This document shows positions 47,625 through 58,004 of a DNA stretch of 64,000 nucleotides, one piece after another; positions within the stretch are counted from its first letter, which is position 1; each line of letters begins with the position of its first letter. Made by a program: the position numbers and the translations under genes. Source of the stretch: an uncultured Cellvibrionaceae bacterium (GTDB lineage Bacteria > Pseudomonadota > Gammaproteobacteria > Pseudomonadales > Cellvibrionaceae); contig CAYSTJ010000003.1 of the NCBI GenBank assembly GCA_964434105.1, forward strand, positions 64,672 to 128,671. Direction: 5' to 3'. A model generated the notes under the pieces. The model had not been told where the DNA came from and did not search any database. It saw only the letters and a list, made by a program, of their open reading frames with translations.

Positions 47625-50282
47625 TCAGTCATCCTGACGAACCGGGGCGCCCAGCACCGTTATACCAGTGCCACCGCCATCTATCGGTATGGCAGGAATC
47701 CCGGGTGGCGGGAAACCTTCCAGAGAAAAGTCGACATCGTCGACAGTGCGGGACAGCGCGACTGGCGCGGGGTCCAGCAGGGTCGGATAAACACCGCAGT
47801 TCTCCGCACGACCACACAGGCTGAGGTCATTGTTAATATCGGGACCGGCAACAACATAGTAGTGTCCGGCCGCAACGCCTTCAAAAACGTACGGGTACAA
47901 TCCGTCTCGCGCTTCCACGCGCACCGCGTCCACCAGTTGCAGCGACACTGCGTCGAACAGCCCGGCGTAAATCGTTCCTGCGTCACCGGGCGCTTCAACT
48001 TCAGCAACCTGCACAGTAACCTCAAGCAACACCATGCTGCCATCGCTGGCATGTATATCCAGCTGACCGGTATAACGGCCGGGCGCCAGCCTCGAGCGGT
48101 CGACAGTCGCTATATAGTCGCCCAGGCCATTTCGGTCAACGTCAACGGCTTTTACCGACAACCAGTCGACTGGCACTACGATACGGTTGACCGCCAGCCC
48201 GGCCTCACCCCCCGCCCCCATGGTCCCCGCTGTCACGACGGTAAAACCACGGTGACTCTCCAGGCTGCCGATTTTCAGATTGCCCGGGTCAGCAACAAGT
48301 GTCGTCGTGCGATCCGCGTTGCTCAGGTTCACCGCCGCGGCTACCGCGTTCGACGCATTGATGATGCCATACCCGAGCGGGCCGGAGTGCACGGCATTGC
48401 CGGTCAGGGCGCCGCTGCGCAGTAACCCGTAGATATCGGCCTGTGTTATATCCGGATAAACCGACTTCATCAGCGCGAGAGTGCCGGCAACGATCGGCGT
48501 AGCAGCAGAAGTACCGTGACTGAAAACATAGCCTGGCGATCGAACGCCATCGACGCTTTCGTTTACCGACAGACTCAGCACCCCATCCGGATGGCCGTCC
48601 GCATTCAGATCCTGCGCGAGATCCCCACCGGGAGCCGCCAAATCTATGAACTGACCAAAATTGGTGTAGGGTGCCGGTTTGCCGTCAAGATCCGTTGCCG
48701 CCACGGATAACACCTGGTTATACGCCGCCGGGTAAAAAGGTTCCGTTGTCGCTTCGTTGCCGCCCGCCGCCACAGTCATGACGCCAAGATCGAACAACAC
48801 ATTGAATAATTCCTGGGAAGATGCCGAATAGCTGCCACCCCCAAGACTCAGGTTGATAATATCGGCAGGACGGGATGGCACAGTGCCACTGTCATTATCC
48901 AGCCCGGCCGCGTAGCGTACTGCCTGCATAACGTCATAGGAGTCTGCGCCACCAAATCCCACCGCACGCAGTGGCATCACTTTCACACCGGGCGCCGTGC
49001 CGACCATACCCTGGCCATTGTTGTCCATCGCAGCGATGATGCCCGCGACATGGGTGCCATGCCAGCTACTTTCTCCGATGACATTGCTGTCGCCAACATC
49101 TTCCGGGTCCGGATCCAGGCCATCACCATCGCGGGATACGTCAGGGTTTACGATAAAATCATAGCCTGGCACCAGCTGTCCCTGCAGATCCGGGTGGGCC
49201 GAGTATATCCCGGTATCGACGACGGCAACGAGTACATCCCCGGACCCCACAGTGGTATTCCACGCCGCACCCACATCCACTGCCGGCAAATACCACTGAA
49301 AACCAAAAGTCGGATCGCTTGCCGCCGTCTGCTGGATGTACATGCGGTAATTGGGCTCGGCCCGTAAAATGCCCTTCTCCCCAGCCAATGATTTTATGGC
49401 ATGCAACGTCTCAAGCCTGTCGAACGATGTCCGGTTGCGCTGCGCCAGCCACGCCTCAAAACCGTCTTTGACAGGCTGCAGTTGCAGTGCTGCCCGGGTC
49501 TGGGGGTTGATGCGATTAAAGCGCGCCAGCGCCGCCCGACGGGGATTCCGATGGGAAAGGCTTACCTGCAGACGGCTCTGCAGCGCTTCCGCCGTTGCCA
49601 TATCGGCACTGGCGTGTACTTCGTCGAGCTGAACGATCGCCGTGTCCGGCTTGAAGTCAGCTTTCTGACCGAACCGCGCAATTCCCGGCATCATCGACGT
49701 GGTGTCAATACTGAGGAGATAACCCGCGCTGCCTCGCACAGCGTTGACCACGATGATATAGGTATCATCGGCCGGCACGCTGACAGAATCAAATTCACCG
49801 GCTGTGGTAGAAGACGCGACCAGCATCATGTCGGATTCCCGATAAAGGTACAGATCGCAATCCGCCGACATAAAATCGGGATTTTGCAGGGAAACAAAGT
49901 GTCCACGCGCGAGCGACGCCCGGAATACGTCATTTTCGTCTGGCATGGTCGCGAAACGATCTCCAGCGATCCCGGTGGGTACCGCCGTAACGAAGCCGCT
50001 CAGTAAAACCCGTCCGGGTATCGACTGAATGCTTCCGGCCGATTCCCCATTGTTATTGAAGTAGGCGGCCTGCGGATCATTGGTGTCGCCGTCGACCGCT
50101 GTGTCCGGTCGCGCATGCACTGTACCCGCCAGCCGGTATGTCGCCGCCGGCGAGCCCGGCTCCGTCAGGACACCATTGACGGCGCCGGTGCCTGCTTCAC
50201 CACCACATCCACCGGTTGCCAGCACCGCCATAAGAAACCAGCGCTTTATGCCGGTCGGCAACCCTGTCTGATATTGATTCAT
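47625..50282 (-). CDS. Secreted/lipoprotein subtilisin-like serine protease (S8) with N- and C-terminal accessory domains
   Basis: 885 aa with the catalytic triad motifs VAVVDTGI, HGTHVAGI and GTSAATPIVAG, and a lipobox-like LATGGC. Confidence 0.9.
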   Translation of the reverse strand: MNQYQTGLPTGIKRWFLMAVLATGGCGGEAGTGAVNGVLTEPGSPAATYRLAGTVHARPDTAVDGDTNDPQAAYFNNNGESAGSIQSIPGRVLLSGFVTAVPTGIAGDRFATMPDENDVFRASLARGHFVSLQNPDFMSADCDLYLYRESDMMLVASSTTAGEFDSVSVPADDTYIIVVNAVRGSAGYLLSIDTTSMMPGIARFGQKADFKPDTAIVQLDEVHASADMATAEALQSRLQVSLSHRNPRRAALARFNRINPQTRAALQLQPVKDGFEAWLAQRNRTSFDRLETLHAIKSLAGEKGILRAEPNYRMYIQQTAASDPTFGFQWYLPAVDVGAAWNTTVGSGDVLVAVVDTGIYSAHPDLQGQLVPGYDFIVNPDVSRDGDGLDPDPEDVGDSNVIGESSWHGTHVAGIIAAMDNNGQGMVGTAPGVKVMPLRAVGFGGADSYDVMQAVRYAAGLDNDSGTVPSRPADIINLSLGGGSYSASSQELFNVLFDLGVMTVAAGGNEATTEPFYPAAYNQVLSVAATDLDGKPAPYTNFGQFIDLAAPGGDLAQDLNADGHPDGVLSLSVNESVDGVRSPGYVFSHGTSAATPIVAGTLALMKSVYPDITQADIYGLLRSGALTGNAVHSGPLGYGIINASNAVAAAVNLSNADRTTTLVADPGNLKIGSLESHRGFTVVTAGTMGAGGEAGLAVNRIVVPVDWLSVKAVDVDRNGLGDYIATVDRSRLAPGRYTGQLDIHASDGSMVLLEVTVQVAEVEAPGDAGTIYAGLFDAVSLQLVDAVRVEARDGLYPYVFEGVAAGHYYVVAGPDINNDLSLCGRAENCGVYPTLLDPAPVALSRTVDDVDFSLEGFPPPGIPAIPIDGGGTGITVLGAPVRQDD

Positions 50283-50787
50283 CTGCAGCTAACCGTTTAA
50301 ATTATTGGGAACTCCCGGCGGTAGAAGGGACATCATTTTCTGCCGGTTCACCGGTTTAAAGAGAGAGTCTGCCACCGGGTCGGCCGGCAGCACCAAATTT
50401 TGGGCCAAGTATGCCAGAGATGTGTCGTGAGAGCGCTCGCCAGGTCCATGTGTTGATGATCCCGGTTGTGCGTCGCTTCACAGTTGACATCGAAGTTGAC
50501 GTCATATACCGAACCTGTCGTGAATATTGCCTTTTTGGGCAAATCGCTGCAGGATCAATTCGTTACACGCCAACGTGGTGCACGCTTTGACAGGGGCATG
50601 CCCAAGACTTGCCCCAAAGGGAACCTCAACTGAATTCTGCGGACTAAAAATGAGTAAAAAAATGCTGGGCGATGCACAAAAGCAACACGAGGTTCAGCGT
50701 ATTGCCAGCGCCTATTTGGTAAACGGGCGCAAATTCGCTATGTTATAGTAAGTATCCTAAAAAGATTTACAGCGGGACGAACGAATT

Positions 50788-52884
50788 TTGATGAAGTCAT
50801 ATCTCAGCAGCGTCGCAATTGCACTGGCTTTGGTAACCACACTACCTGCTCACGCAGTCACTGAAGCCCTAAAGCCCACCAGTACGCAGTCCATTACCAC
50901 CATTGACATAATCGACAAGCTGTCAAAGCGTCATTACCGCAATCTGGTGCTGGATGACGCCCTCTCGGAAGCTTTCCTCAATGGTTATCTCGACAGTCTG
51001 GACCCCGGCCGACTTTACCTGCTGCAGTCGGATGTACAGAAATTCGAAGCGGACAAAAAGAAACATGACGACTATCTGAAAAAGGGCAATCTCCAGCCTG
51101 GCTTCGATATCTACCATACCTACCGCCAGCGGGTCTCCACGCGGCTGGAGTGGATCCTCGCCCGCCTGGAGGACCCGGAACTAAAGTTCGATTTCACCGT
51201 TAAGGAAGCCGTCGAGCGCGACCGCAAAAACGCACCCTGGCCTAAAGACCAGAAGGAAGCCGACGCCCTGTGGCAGAAGCACCTCAAACTGAACGTACTC
51301 AATCTTAAGCTGGCCGGCAAGACCGTTGAAGAGGCCCGCGAGACCGTCACGCGACGCTACCGCAATCAGCTCAATCGTATCCGTCAGCAGAACAGCCAGG
51401 ATGTGTTTGAGGCGCTGATCAATTCCTTTACAACACTTTACGACCCACACACCAATTATTTTTCGCCGCGGACCTCCCAGAACTTCAATATCAACATGTC
51501 CCTGCAGCTGGAAGGTATCGGCGCCGTATTGCAGTCGGAAGACGAGCACACCAAGGTTGTGCGTCTGGTGGCTGGAGGGCCCGCCGACAAGCAGGGCCAA
51601 CTCAAACCGGCCGACCGTATAATCAGTGTCGGGCAGGGTACTGACGGCGAACTGGTGGACGTGGTGGGCTGGCGTCTGGACGAAGTCGTTGATCTGATAC
51701 GCGGCAAGAAAGGCACCACCGTGAAACTGGAAGTCCTGTCGGGCGATACCGACGCCAAAACCGTGGCTATTCAGCGTGGCACCGTCAAGCTCGAAGATCA
51801 GGCGGCCCAGAAAGCCGTGCTGGAGGTCAGCGACGGCGAGCGTATGCGCAAGGTGGGCGTCATCGATATTCCGGCGTTTTATCATGATTTCGAAGCCTAT
51901 CGCCGCGGTGATAAGGATTACCGAAGCACAAGCCGGGACGTTGCCGAACTGCTGCAGGAGCTGGAAAAGGAAAACATCGAAGGTCTCATTCTGGACCTGC
52001 GCGACAATGGCGGCGGATCTCTGCAGGAAGCCACCATGCTGACCGACCTGTTTATTGATCAGGGCCCCGTGGTGCAGATACGTGAAGCAAACGGGCGGGT
52101 TAGCCAGCACAACCGATCACGCGCCAAGGCGCGGTACCGCGGACCGTTGATCGTGATGGTAAACCGGCTCAGTGCTTCGGCGTCCGAGATCTTTGCCGGT
52201 GCCATTCAGGATTATAACCGGGGCATCATTGTCGGCTCACAGTCGTTTGGCAAAGGGACTGTGCAGTTGCTGAACGAACTGCCGGAAGGTGCCCTGAAAC
52301 TGACCGAATCGAAATTTTATCGGGTATCCGGCGAAAGCACCCAACACCGGGGCATCGTGCCCGATATCAATATGCCGTTCTTTATCAATCACGATGAAGT
52401 CGGCGAGTCGGCGTATGATAATGCCCTGCCCTGGGACAAAATAAGCCCGGCCAAGCATGGCACTTATTTTGACTTCTCTGCCCTGTTGCCAAAACTCGAC
52501 AAGCGGCATTCCGAGCGCGCTATAAAAGATCCCGAGTACGTCAGGATTCTCGACCAGATTGCCCTGAACGAGAAAAACCGCAAGCGTACGACGATTTCCC
52601 TGAATGAGGAAGAGCGATTGGCAGAAAAGGAGGCTCAGGAAATCGCCGAGATGGAAATCGAGAACAAACTTCGGCGCGCCACGGGTCTTGAACCTTTTAA
52701 AACGCTGAAAGACTACCGGGAATTTGACACCGCGGATCAGGAAAAGGCCGAAGCGGAAGCGGCGAAAGCCCAGCCCACTATTGACCTGAAAGGGGATGCA
52801 TTGTTAACCGAAACCGGTTATATGATGCTGGATATGGTAGACATGATGGAAAAATCCGAACAACAGCGGGTAGCCAATTTTTAA
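50788..52884 (+). CDS. prc: Carboxy-terminal processing (tail-specific) protease, S41
   Basis: 698 aa with a signal peptide, a PDZ region and the S41 catalytic region (NRLSASASEIFAGA...SFGKGTVQ). The ATG at 50791 may be the start. Confidence 0.93.
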   Translation: MMKSYLSSVAIALALVTTLPAHAVTEALKPTSTQSITTIDIIDKLSKRHYRNLVLDDALSEAFLNGYLDSLDPGRLYLLQSDVQKFEADKKKHDDYLKKGNLQPGFDIYHTYRQRVSTRLEWILARLEDPELKFDFTVKEAVERDRKNAPWPKDQKEADALWQKHLKLNVLNLKLAGKTVEEARETVTRRYRNQLNRIRQQNSQDVFEALINSFTTLYDPHTNYFSPRTSQNFNINMSLQLEGIGAVLQSEDEHTKVVRLVAGGPADKQGQLKPADRIISVGQGTDGELVDVVGWRLDEVVDLIRGKKGTTVKLEVLSGDTDAKTVAIQRGTVKLEDQAAQKAVLEVSDGERMRKVGVIDIPAFYHDFEAYRRGDKDYRSTSRDVAELLQELEKENIEGLILDLRDNGGGSLQEATMLTDLFIDQGPVVQIREANGRVSQHNRSRAKARYRGPLIVMVNRLSASASEIFAGAIQDYNRGIIVGSQSFGKGTVQLLNELPEGALKLTESKFYRVSGESTQHRGIVPDINMPFFINHDEVGESAYDNALPWDKISPAKHGTYFDFSALLPKLDKRHSERAIKDPEYVRILDQIALNEKNRKRTTISLNEEERLAEKEAQEIAEMEIENKLRRATGLEPFKTLKDYREFDTADQEKAEAEAAKAQPTIDLKGDALLTETGYMMLDMVDMMEKSEQQRVANF

Positions 52885-52952
52885 TGTATTATGGATGCAC
52901 GCCGTAGCGCACGCGCAACACTTGAAGCACGCTCCGTGCGCGTCCCAGGAAC

Positions 52953-52980
52953 AAGCCCCGACAGGGGCTTTATTCGTTCT
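52953..52980 (+). terminator. Candidate terminator after prc
   Basis: AAGCCCC-gaca-GGGGCTT followed by the T-rich tattcgttct. Confidence 0.4.
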
Positions 52981-53023
52981 GGTCACCCGTCATCTCCCTT
53001 AAGGATTTTCACACTGGCCCACC

Positions 53024-53848
53024 ATGAAATGTGTATCTTTTAACGTCAACAGTATTCGTATGCGCCTGCACCAGCTCGAGGCAGTCGTTGCAAAGTATCA
53101 ACCGGATTTTATTGGCCTGCAGGAAACCAAGGTAACTGATGCCGAGTTCCCATTGGATGCCATTAACGCGCTCGGATATCATGTCGAGTTCACCGGCCAG
53201 AAAACCCATTACGGCGTCGCCTTATTGTCACGCTTCCCATTCCGCCACTGCATCAAGGGCTTTGTCGATGATACTGAAGAATCCCAGAAGCGATTTATCG
53301 GTGGGCAGTTTGAACTGGACGATGGGTCCCGAGTGGCCATTCTCAACGGGTATTTTCCCCAGGGCGAAAGTCGCCACCACCCGGTCAAGTTTCCCAATAA
53401 GCAAAAATATTATGCCGACCTGCTTTTGCACCTGAAGTCACTCCATAGCGAACATGATCCGCTGATTCTGATGGGCGACATGAATGTGTCTCATACTGAT
53501 CAGGATATCGGTATCGGCGAGGACAATCGAAAACGGTGGCTACAGACGGGAAAGTGCAGTTTTCTGCCGGAAGAACGGGAATGGCTTAATCAGCTGCTGC
53601 AGTGGGGGCTGGTGGATACCTACCGTCAGGTTCATGGCGATGCAGGTACGCAGTACAGCTGGTTTGACTATCGCAGTAAAGGTTTTGAACGGGATCCGAA
53701 ACGTGGCCTGAGAATTGATTTGATTCTGGCCAGCGCCGGACTGGCACAGGCCTGCGACGGTGCGGGGATCGACTATGACATTCGAGCCATGGAAAAGCCA
53801 TCCGATCACTGTCCTGTCTGGGCATCTTTCACAACGGCTGCGAAATAA
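53024..53848 (+). CDS. xthA: Exodeoxyribonuclease III
   Basis: 274 aa with the motifs FNVNSIR, LQETK, GDMNV and PSDHCPVW. Confidence 0.95.
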   Translation: MKCVSFNVNSIRMRLHQLEAVVAKYQPDFIGLQETKVTDAEFPLDAINALGYHVEFTGQKTHYGVALLSRFPFRHCIKGFVDDTEESQKRFIGGQFELDDGSRVAILNGYFPQGESRHHPVKFPNKQKYYADLLLHLKSLHSEHDPLILMGDMNVSHTDQDIGIGEDNRKRWLQTGKCSFLPEEREWLNQLLQWGLVDTYRQVHGDAGTQYSWFDYRSKGFERDPKRGLRIDLILASAGLAQACDGAGIDYDIRAMEKPSDHCPVWASFTTAAK

Positions 53849-53920
53849 ACTCCGGCGCTACAACGACGGGCGCCAGTCTGCGCCCTTCCTCACGGGAACT
53901 CCGGTCTCAACAAGGCACTG

Positions 53921-56080
53921 TCAAGCGTCAAGCCAGTAGCGCAGGTCCCTGGTGTCATTCACGAGTTTTTCAATTTCAATAAAATGGTCGGCGCCGGCTT
54001 CCAGCATTTCGCGCTGCGCTGCGGCCGGGCCCATTCCTACAATCGGATTAATCCGTTCTACGCCTTTTTCCAGTTCGGACACCCTGATCGCACTTATGCA
54101 GCCCAGATCCTCTATTCCCGTGTATTCGATAATGTACCGATCATAGGTTTTTTCGTCGAGGTACCGGGGTAACTGTTTTATATCGCCCAGCCGGGTAATA
54201 CGCGTTGTCTGTGACTCACTGATGGCGGACGCATTGAATGCTTTGCCAATCGCTATCCATAAAATGGAAACGGTTCCCTGCGGCCTGGCAGACTGTACCG
54301 GCTCCAGATCGGATACATAACGCATGGCAATCTGCAGTTCGAAAATGCCGGCGGGTTTGTCGACAAAATGAACCAGCGGCGATTCGTGTACCATTCGGTC
54401 GGAAAAGTACTTGCGCGCCTTGGGCGACGTTATCACGAAATGATGCGTGTACTTGAGTTCGTTATGATCGAGCAGCTCGTTACAGAACTGCGATGCCGCC
54501 TCATCTACAGGCGTCGCGCAGTAGATAACGCGCTCAATCAGCTTTCCGGTATTCAGGGAGGCTACCAGCAGTTTCACAGCTTTTTTGAAATCCGTGCAGG
54601 TTTCCACGTCAAAGCCGAGGATGCCAAGCTCCAGGCGCCGACTGTCCACCCATCGTGCGTAGGGGTGCACCAGTAGCACGCTGCGGCCTTTGAACGGTGG
54701 ATTGGAGAAATCGACCTCCGGACTCCCCTTCGCCACTTCCATTTGCAGCCTGAGCCGCAACCAGCGGCCCTCCTGGATTTCCGGGCTGCCAATTTCCAGA
54801 TCGCCCCCCATGCTCTCGGCCAACCCTTTCGCGACAACCAGATCAAGTCCCGGCTGAACAGGTAATTCGCTCTGCTCACCAAAAAAACCCCGTTTCACCA
54901 ACGGAAGCTGTCTGATCAGACTTATCTGCAATTCGCCATGATTGCCGAACTCACGCAAATAATCGGTCTCAACGAAGACCAGTCCTTCCGAAGACTGCGC
55001 CAGAACACTCCTGATCATGGCGTCGACAATCTGTCCCAGGCGACTGACTTCACCGACCAGATGCGCCGGCAGGGCTGGCGAAAAAGCCGTTTCCAGTTCG
55101 ATACCCTTACGTTCTGCCGCCTCCATCTGCTCGCCCGTCAGGAACCGAAGATAATGATAGGCATTAAAGGCGGTTGGAGCGAGGTCCAGCTCCTTATGCA
55201 GTACCCGCCGAAAATCGCGCACATAATCCCTTATTTCCGCCAGTTCATCTGCACGTGAGGCTGGCGGTGCATTCGGGCTCAAAGCCTCTGTCAGTTTTTG
55301 TAATCGCTCATCAAGCAGCGCTATAAACTCCTGATTAAGCGCAACACTGGCCCGGGTATCCCGCTTCTCCTCCTCCAGCGTATGGGCTCGGTGCGACAGG
55401 CTGTATGCCGCCTCCAATTGTTCCCAATAGCTTTTGGATATCAGCTCGCAATGGTGGTTGAGGGTCCAGTAAAACATCACCAGTATCAACCCGTAAAACA
55501 CCCCGGTCAGTTCCCCAATGAAAAAGGTGCAGGCCGCGGCGGGGACGATTCCGATGAACTGGTAAATCGACAGAAACTTTTGAAATGGCGCGAACGCATT
55601 GGCCGTAATGGAAAAAAATACCACCGTATAGAGCCACAATAGCGGCGACATGCCCGATAAATCGAGTGTCAGGGTAAAACTGCCGAGGATCAGCGCCCAC
55701 CAGCATGCACCCACCAGCGTCACGAAAAAATACCGATTGCGCCACGCTGCCGGCGCACGCGGGTAGATCGTATCGAATCGGAATAGCAGGTATCCGCGGA
55801 ACAGCGCTGTCAGCATCAGTCCGCTGGTGAGCACCATCGTGAGGTGCGGGTGCGCCTGATAGAATTCGGGTTCAAATGCCAGGCACAGAATATAGATCAG
55901 TATATTTGAAATAATGCCGCGCCGGCTGTATTTCACCATCCGCGCGTCCGTCTGACGAATGATCTGCCGGTTTTTTTGAACTTTCAACTGCGGTTCAAAC
56001 AGAGTTAACATTCGTTCGCCTTCGGGAATAGCCTGTCGGGTGTTTCGCTCTGCGGCGCCGGCGCTGAGCCGGCGCCGCAT
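53921..56080 (-). CDS. Membrane sensor protein with a degenerate histidine-kinase ATPase domain and receiver-like domains
   Basis: 719 aa (the likely start is the ATG at 56011). It has about 6 TM helices and a G2-box-like GLDLVVAKGLAESMGGDLEIGS. I see no clear H-box, N-box Asn or receiver DD/D motifs. Confidence 0.5.
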   Translation of the reverse strand: MRRRLSAGAAERNTRQAIPEGERMLTLFEPQLKVQKNRQIIRQTDARMVKYSRRGIISNILIYILCLAFEPEFYQAHPHLTMVLTSGLMLTALFRGYLLFRFDTIYPRAPAAWRNRYFFVTLVGACWWALILGSFTLTLDLSGMSPLLWLYTVVFFSITANAFAPFQKFLSIYQFIGIVPAAACTFFIGELTGVFYGLILVMFYWTLNHHCELISKSYWEQLEAAYSLSHRAHTLEEEKRDTRASVALNQEFIALLDERLQKLTEALSPNAPPASRADELAEIRDYVRDFRRVLHKELDLAPTAFNAYHYLRFLTGEQMEAAERKGIELETAFSPALPAHLVGEVSRLGQIVDAMIRSVLAQSSEGLVFVETDYLREFGNHGELQISLIRQLPLVKRGFFGEQSELPVQPGLDLVVAKGLAESMGGDLEIGSPEIQEGRWLRLRLQMEVAKGSPEVDFSNPPFKGRSVLLVHPYARWVDSRRLELGILGFDVETCTDFKKAVKLLVASLNTGKLIERVIYCATPVDEAASQFCNELLDHNELKYTHHFVITSPKARKYFSDRMVHESPLVHFVDKPAGIFELQIAMRYVSDLEPVQSARPQGTVSILWIAIGKAFNASAISESQTTRITRLGDIKQLPRYLDEKTYDRYIIEYTGIEDLGCISAIRVSELEKGVERINPIVGMGPAAAQREMLEAGADHFIEIEKLVNDTRDLRYWLDA

Positions 56081-56098
56081 AAAGCGGCGGCTCGCGGG

Positions 56099-57028
56099 TT
56101 AAAGTTTACTGGTCAGCTCTGGAACCGCCTCAAAAAGGTCTGCCGTCAGGCTGTAATCAGCGACCTGGAAGATGGGAGAATCCGCATCCTTGTTAATGGC
56201 AACCACCACTTTCGACCCCTGCATGCCGGCCAGATGCTGAATGGCTCCCGAAATGCCGACGGCGATATACAGATCCGGCGCAACAATTTTTCCCGTTTGC
56301 CCGACCTGCAGGTCATTCGGAACGTACCCCGCGTCAACCGCCGCCCGGGATGCCCCTACAGCGCCGCCCAGCTTGTCAGCCAGCGCGTAGAGCATGTCGA
56401 AATTCTCTGCGCTGCCCAGTGCGCGTCCGCCGGACACGACGACTCTGGCTGAAGTCAGGTCCGGCCGGTCTGAGTTCGCCAGCTCTTCCCGCTTGAACTG
56501 GCTCAGGCCCAGCGCCGGTTGAGGTTCGATGGTACGAATACCGACAGGGCTTTCACCCTGCGGCGCTTCGTCAAAGGCGGTTGCCCGAATGGTCAACAGT
56601 TTGATGGAATCCGTACTTTGTACCGTGGCGATTACATTGCCGGCATAAATGGGACGCTTGAACGTGTCTGCTGATTCGATCGCGATCACATCGCTAACGG
56701 GCTGCATATCCAGTAATGCGCCCAGTCGCGGCAGCAAATTTTTTCCGAAAGTTGTTGCCGGCGCCAGCACTGCCGTGTAATTTCCCGCAATGCTGGCAGC
56801 AGCAGCGGCTAACTCTTCGGCAAGCAGGTGTTGATAATGTCCGGCCTGTACGGTGATCACTTCGGTCACCCCGGCAATGGCAGCGGCCTGCGCCGCAGCA
56901 GCGTCACATTGCCATCCAATAACCAGCAGGTGAATATCCTCGTTAAAGCGACCTGCGGCTGACACGGTATTGCGGGTCGCAGGTTTTAACGCCTTGTTAT
57001 CGTGTTCTGCAATGACCAGTACGCTCAT
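56099..57028 (-). CDS. etfA: Electron transfer flavoprotein alpha subunit
   Basis: 309 aa with the FAD-binding C-terminal motif ([19 protein letters not shown]). Confidence 0.95.
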   Translation of the reverse strand: MSVLVIAEHDNKALKPATRNTVSAAGRFNEDIHLLVIGWQCDAAAAQAAAIAGVTEVITVQAGHYQHLLAEELAAAAASIAGNYTAVLAPATTFGKNLLPRLGALLDMQPVSDVIAIESADTFKRPIYAGNVIATVQSTDSIKLLTIRATAFDEAPQGESPVGIRTIEPQPALGLSQFKREELANSDRPDLTSARVVVSGGRALGSAENFDMLYALADKLGGAVGASRAAVDAGYVPNDLQVGQTGKIVAPDLYIAVGISGAIQHLAGMQGSKVVVAINKDADSPIFQVADYSLTADLFEAVPELTSKL

Positions 57029-57777
57029 GAAATCACCTTTGCTTCGTTTTTGAGTTTATCAAGCAATTCATCGACTGAACCTACTTTGATGCCGGCTTTG
57101 CGCGGCGCTGGCGTTTCCACCTGCAACAGCGTCGTTCGATTGCGGTCGGCTACGCCCAGTGCATCGGCTGCAACGATATCCGGGGGCTTCTTCTTGGCCT
57201 TCATGATATTGGGAAGACTGGCATAGCGTGGTTCGTTCAGGCGCAGATCCGTGGTTACCACCGCGGGCAGCTTTAAAGAAAGGACTTCCAGACCGCCGTC
57301 AATTTCCCGGGTTACTTCGAGGCTGCCGTCTGCTATGGTCATTTTTGACGCGAATGTGCCCTGCCCCCAGCCCAAAAGCCCTGCCAGCATTTGCCCGGTC
57401 TGATTATTGTCACCATCAATCGATTGTTTGCCCATAAGAACAAGGTCCGGTTTTTCCTTTTCAACGATCGCTTTAAGCAACTTCGCCACCAGCAATGGTT
57501 GTGGCGGCGTGTCCGTTTCCACCAGAATCGCCCGGTCAGCGCCCAGCGCCATGGCGGCCCGCAGCTGTTCCTGCGCCTTGCCGCCGCCAATCGTAACCGT
57601 CACTATCTCTGACGCCAGGCCGCTTTCTTTCAGGCGGATCGCCTCTTCAACCGCAATCTCACAAAATGGATTAATTGACATCTTGGCATTGGCCACATCG
57701 ACATCCCGGCCATCCGCCGCTGGCCTGACCTTAACGTTGTAGTCGACTACCCGTTTTATTGGAACAAGAATCTTCAT
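57025..57777 (-). CDS. etfB: Electron transfer flavoprotein beta subunit
   Basis: 250 aa starting [18 protein letters not shown]. Its stop overlaps the etfA start. Confidence 0.95.
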   Translation of the reverse strand: MKILVPIKRVVDYNVKVRPAADGRDVDVANAKMSINPFCEIAVEEAIRLKESGLASEIVTVTIGGGKAQEQLRAAMALGADRAILVETDTPPQPLLVAKLLKAIVEKEKPDLVLMGKQSIDGDNNQTGQMLAGLLGWGQGTFASKMTIADGSLEVTREIDGGLEVLSLKLPAVVTTDLRLNEPRYASLPNIMKAKKKPPDIVAADALGVADRNRTTLLQVETPAPRKAGIKVGSVDELLDKLKNEAKVIS

Positions 57778-57844
57778 AGCAGAACCGTACTCCCCAGTCT
57801 GACGCCCGACACGGTATTCGGGCAGGTATTATTCGTGTTACGTT

Positions 57845-57973
57845 GTCGCTATTCAGCTCATGCCCGGAATTCACGTCGCGCTCGGACTATATCTATATCT
57901 GGACGTAAACTGAACCGTTACGACTTACGCTGCGACATAAGCTGAACAGTGACGACTTGAACTGAATGGTTAC
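57845..57973. repeat. Four units (one forward, three inverted) of the AACTATTCAGC-type motif in the etfB/ETF-QO divergent region
   Basis: The forward unit is gtcgctattcagctcatgccc. The inverted units are aactgaaccgttac, agctgaacagtgac and gaactgaatggttac. Confidence 0.7.
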
Positions 57974-58004
57974 TTATACTAATACTTTCGGCAAGGATAA
58001 GTGC

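Noticed and set aside
50650-50748. A 32-codon ORF (MSKKMLGDAQKQHEVQRIASAYLVNGRKFAML) in the 500-bp region upstream of prc, and a TGACGTCA palindrome at 50497-50504.
   Set aside because: The ORF has no Shine-Dalgarno sequence and no recognisable family. An 8-bp palindrome is expected by chance in 64 kb.
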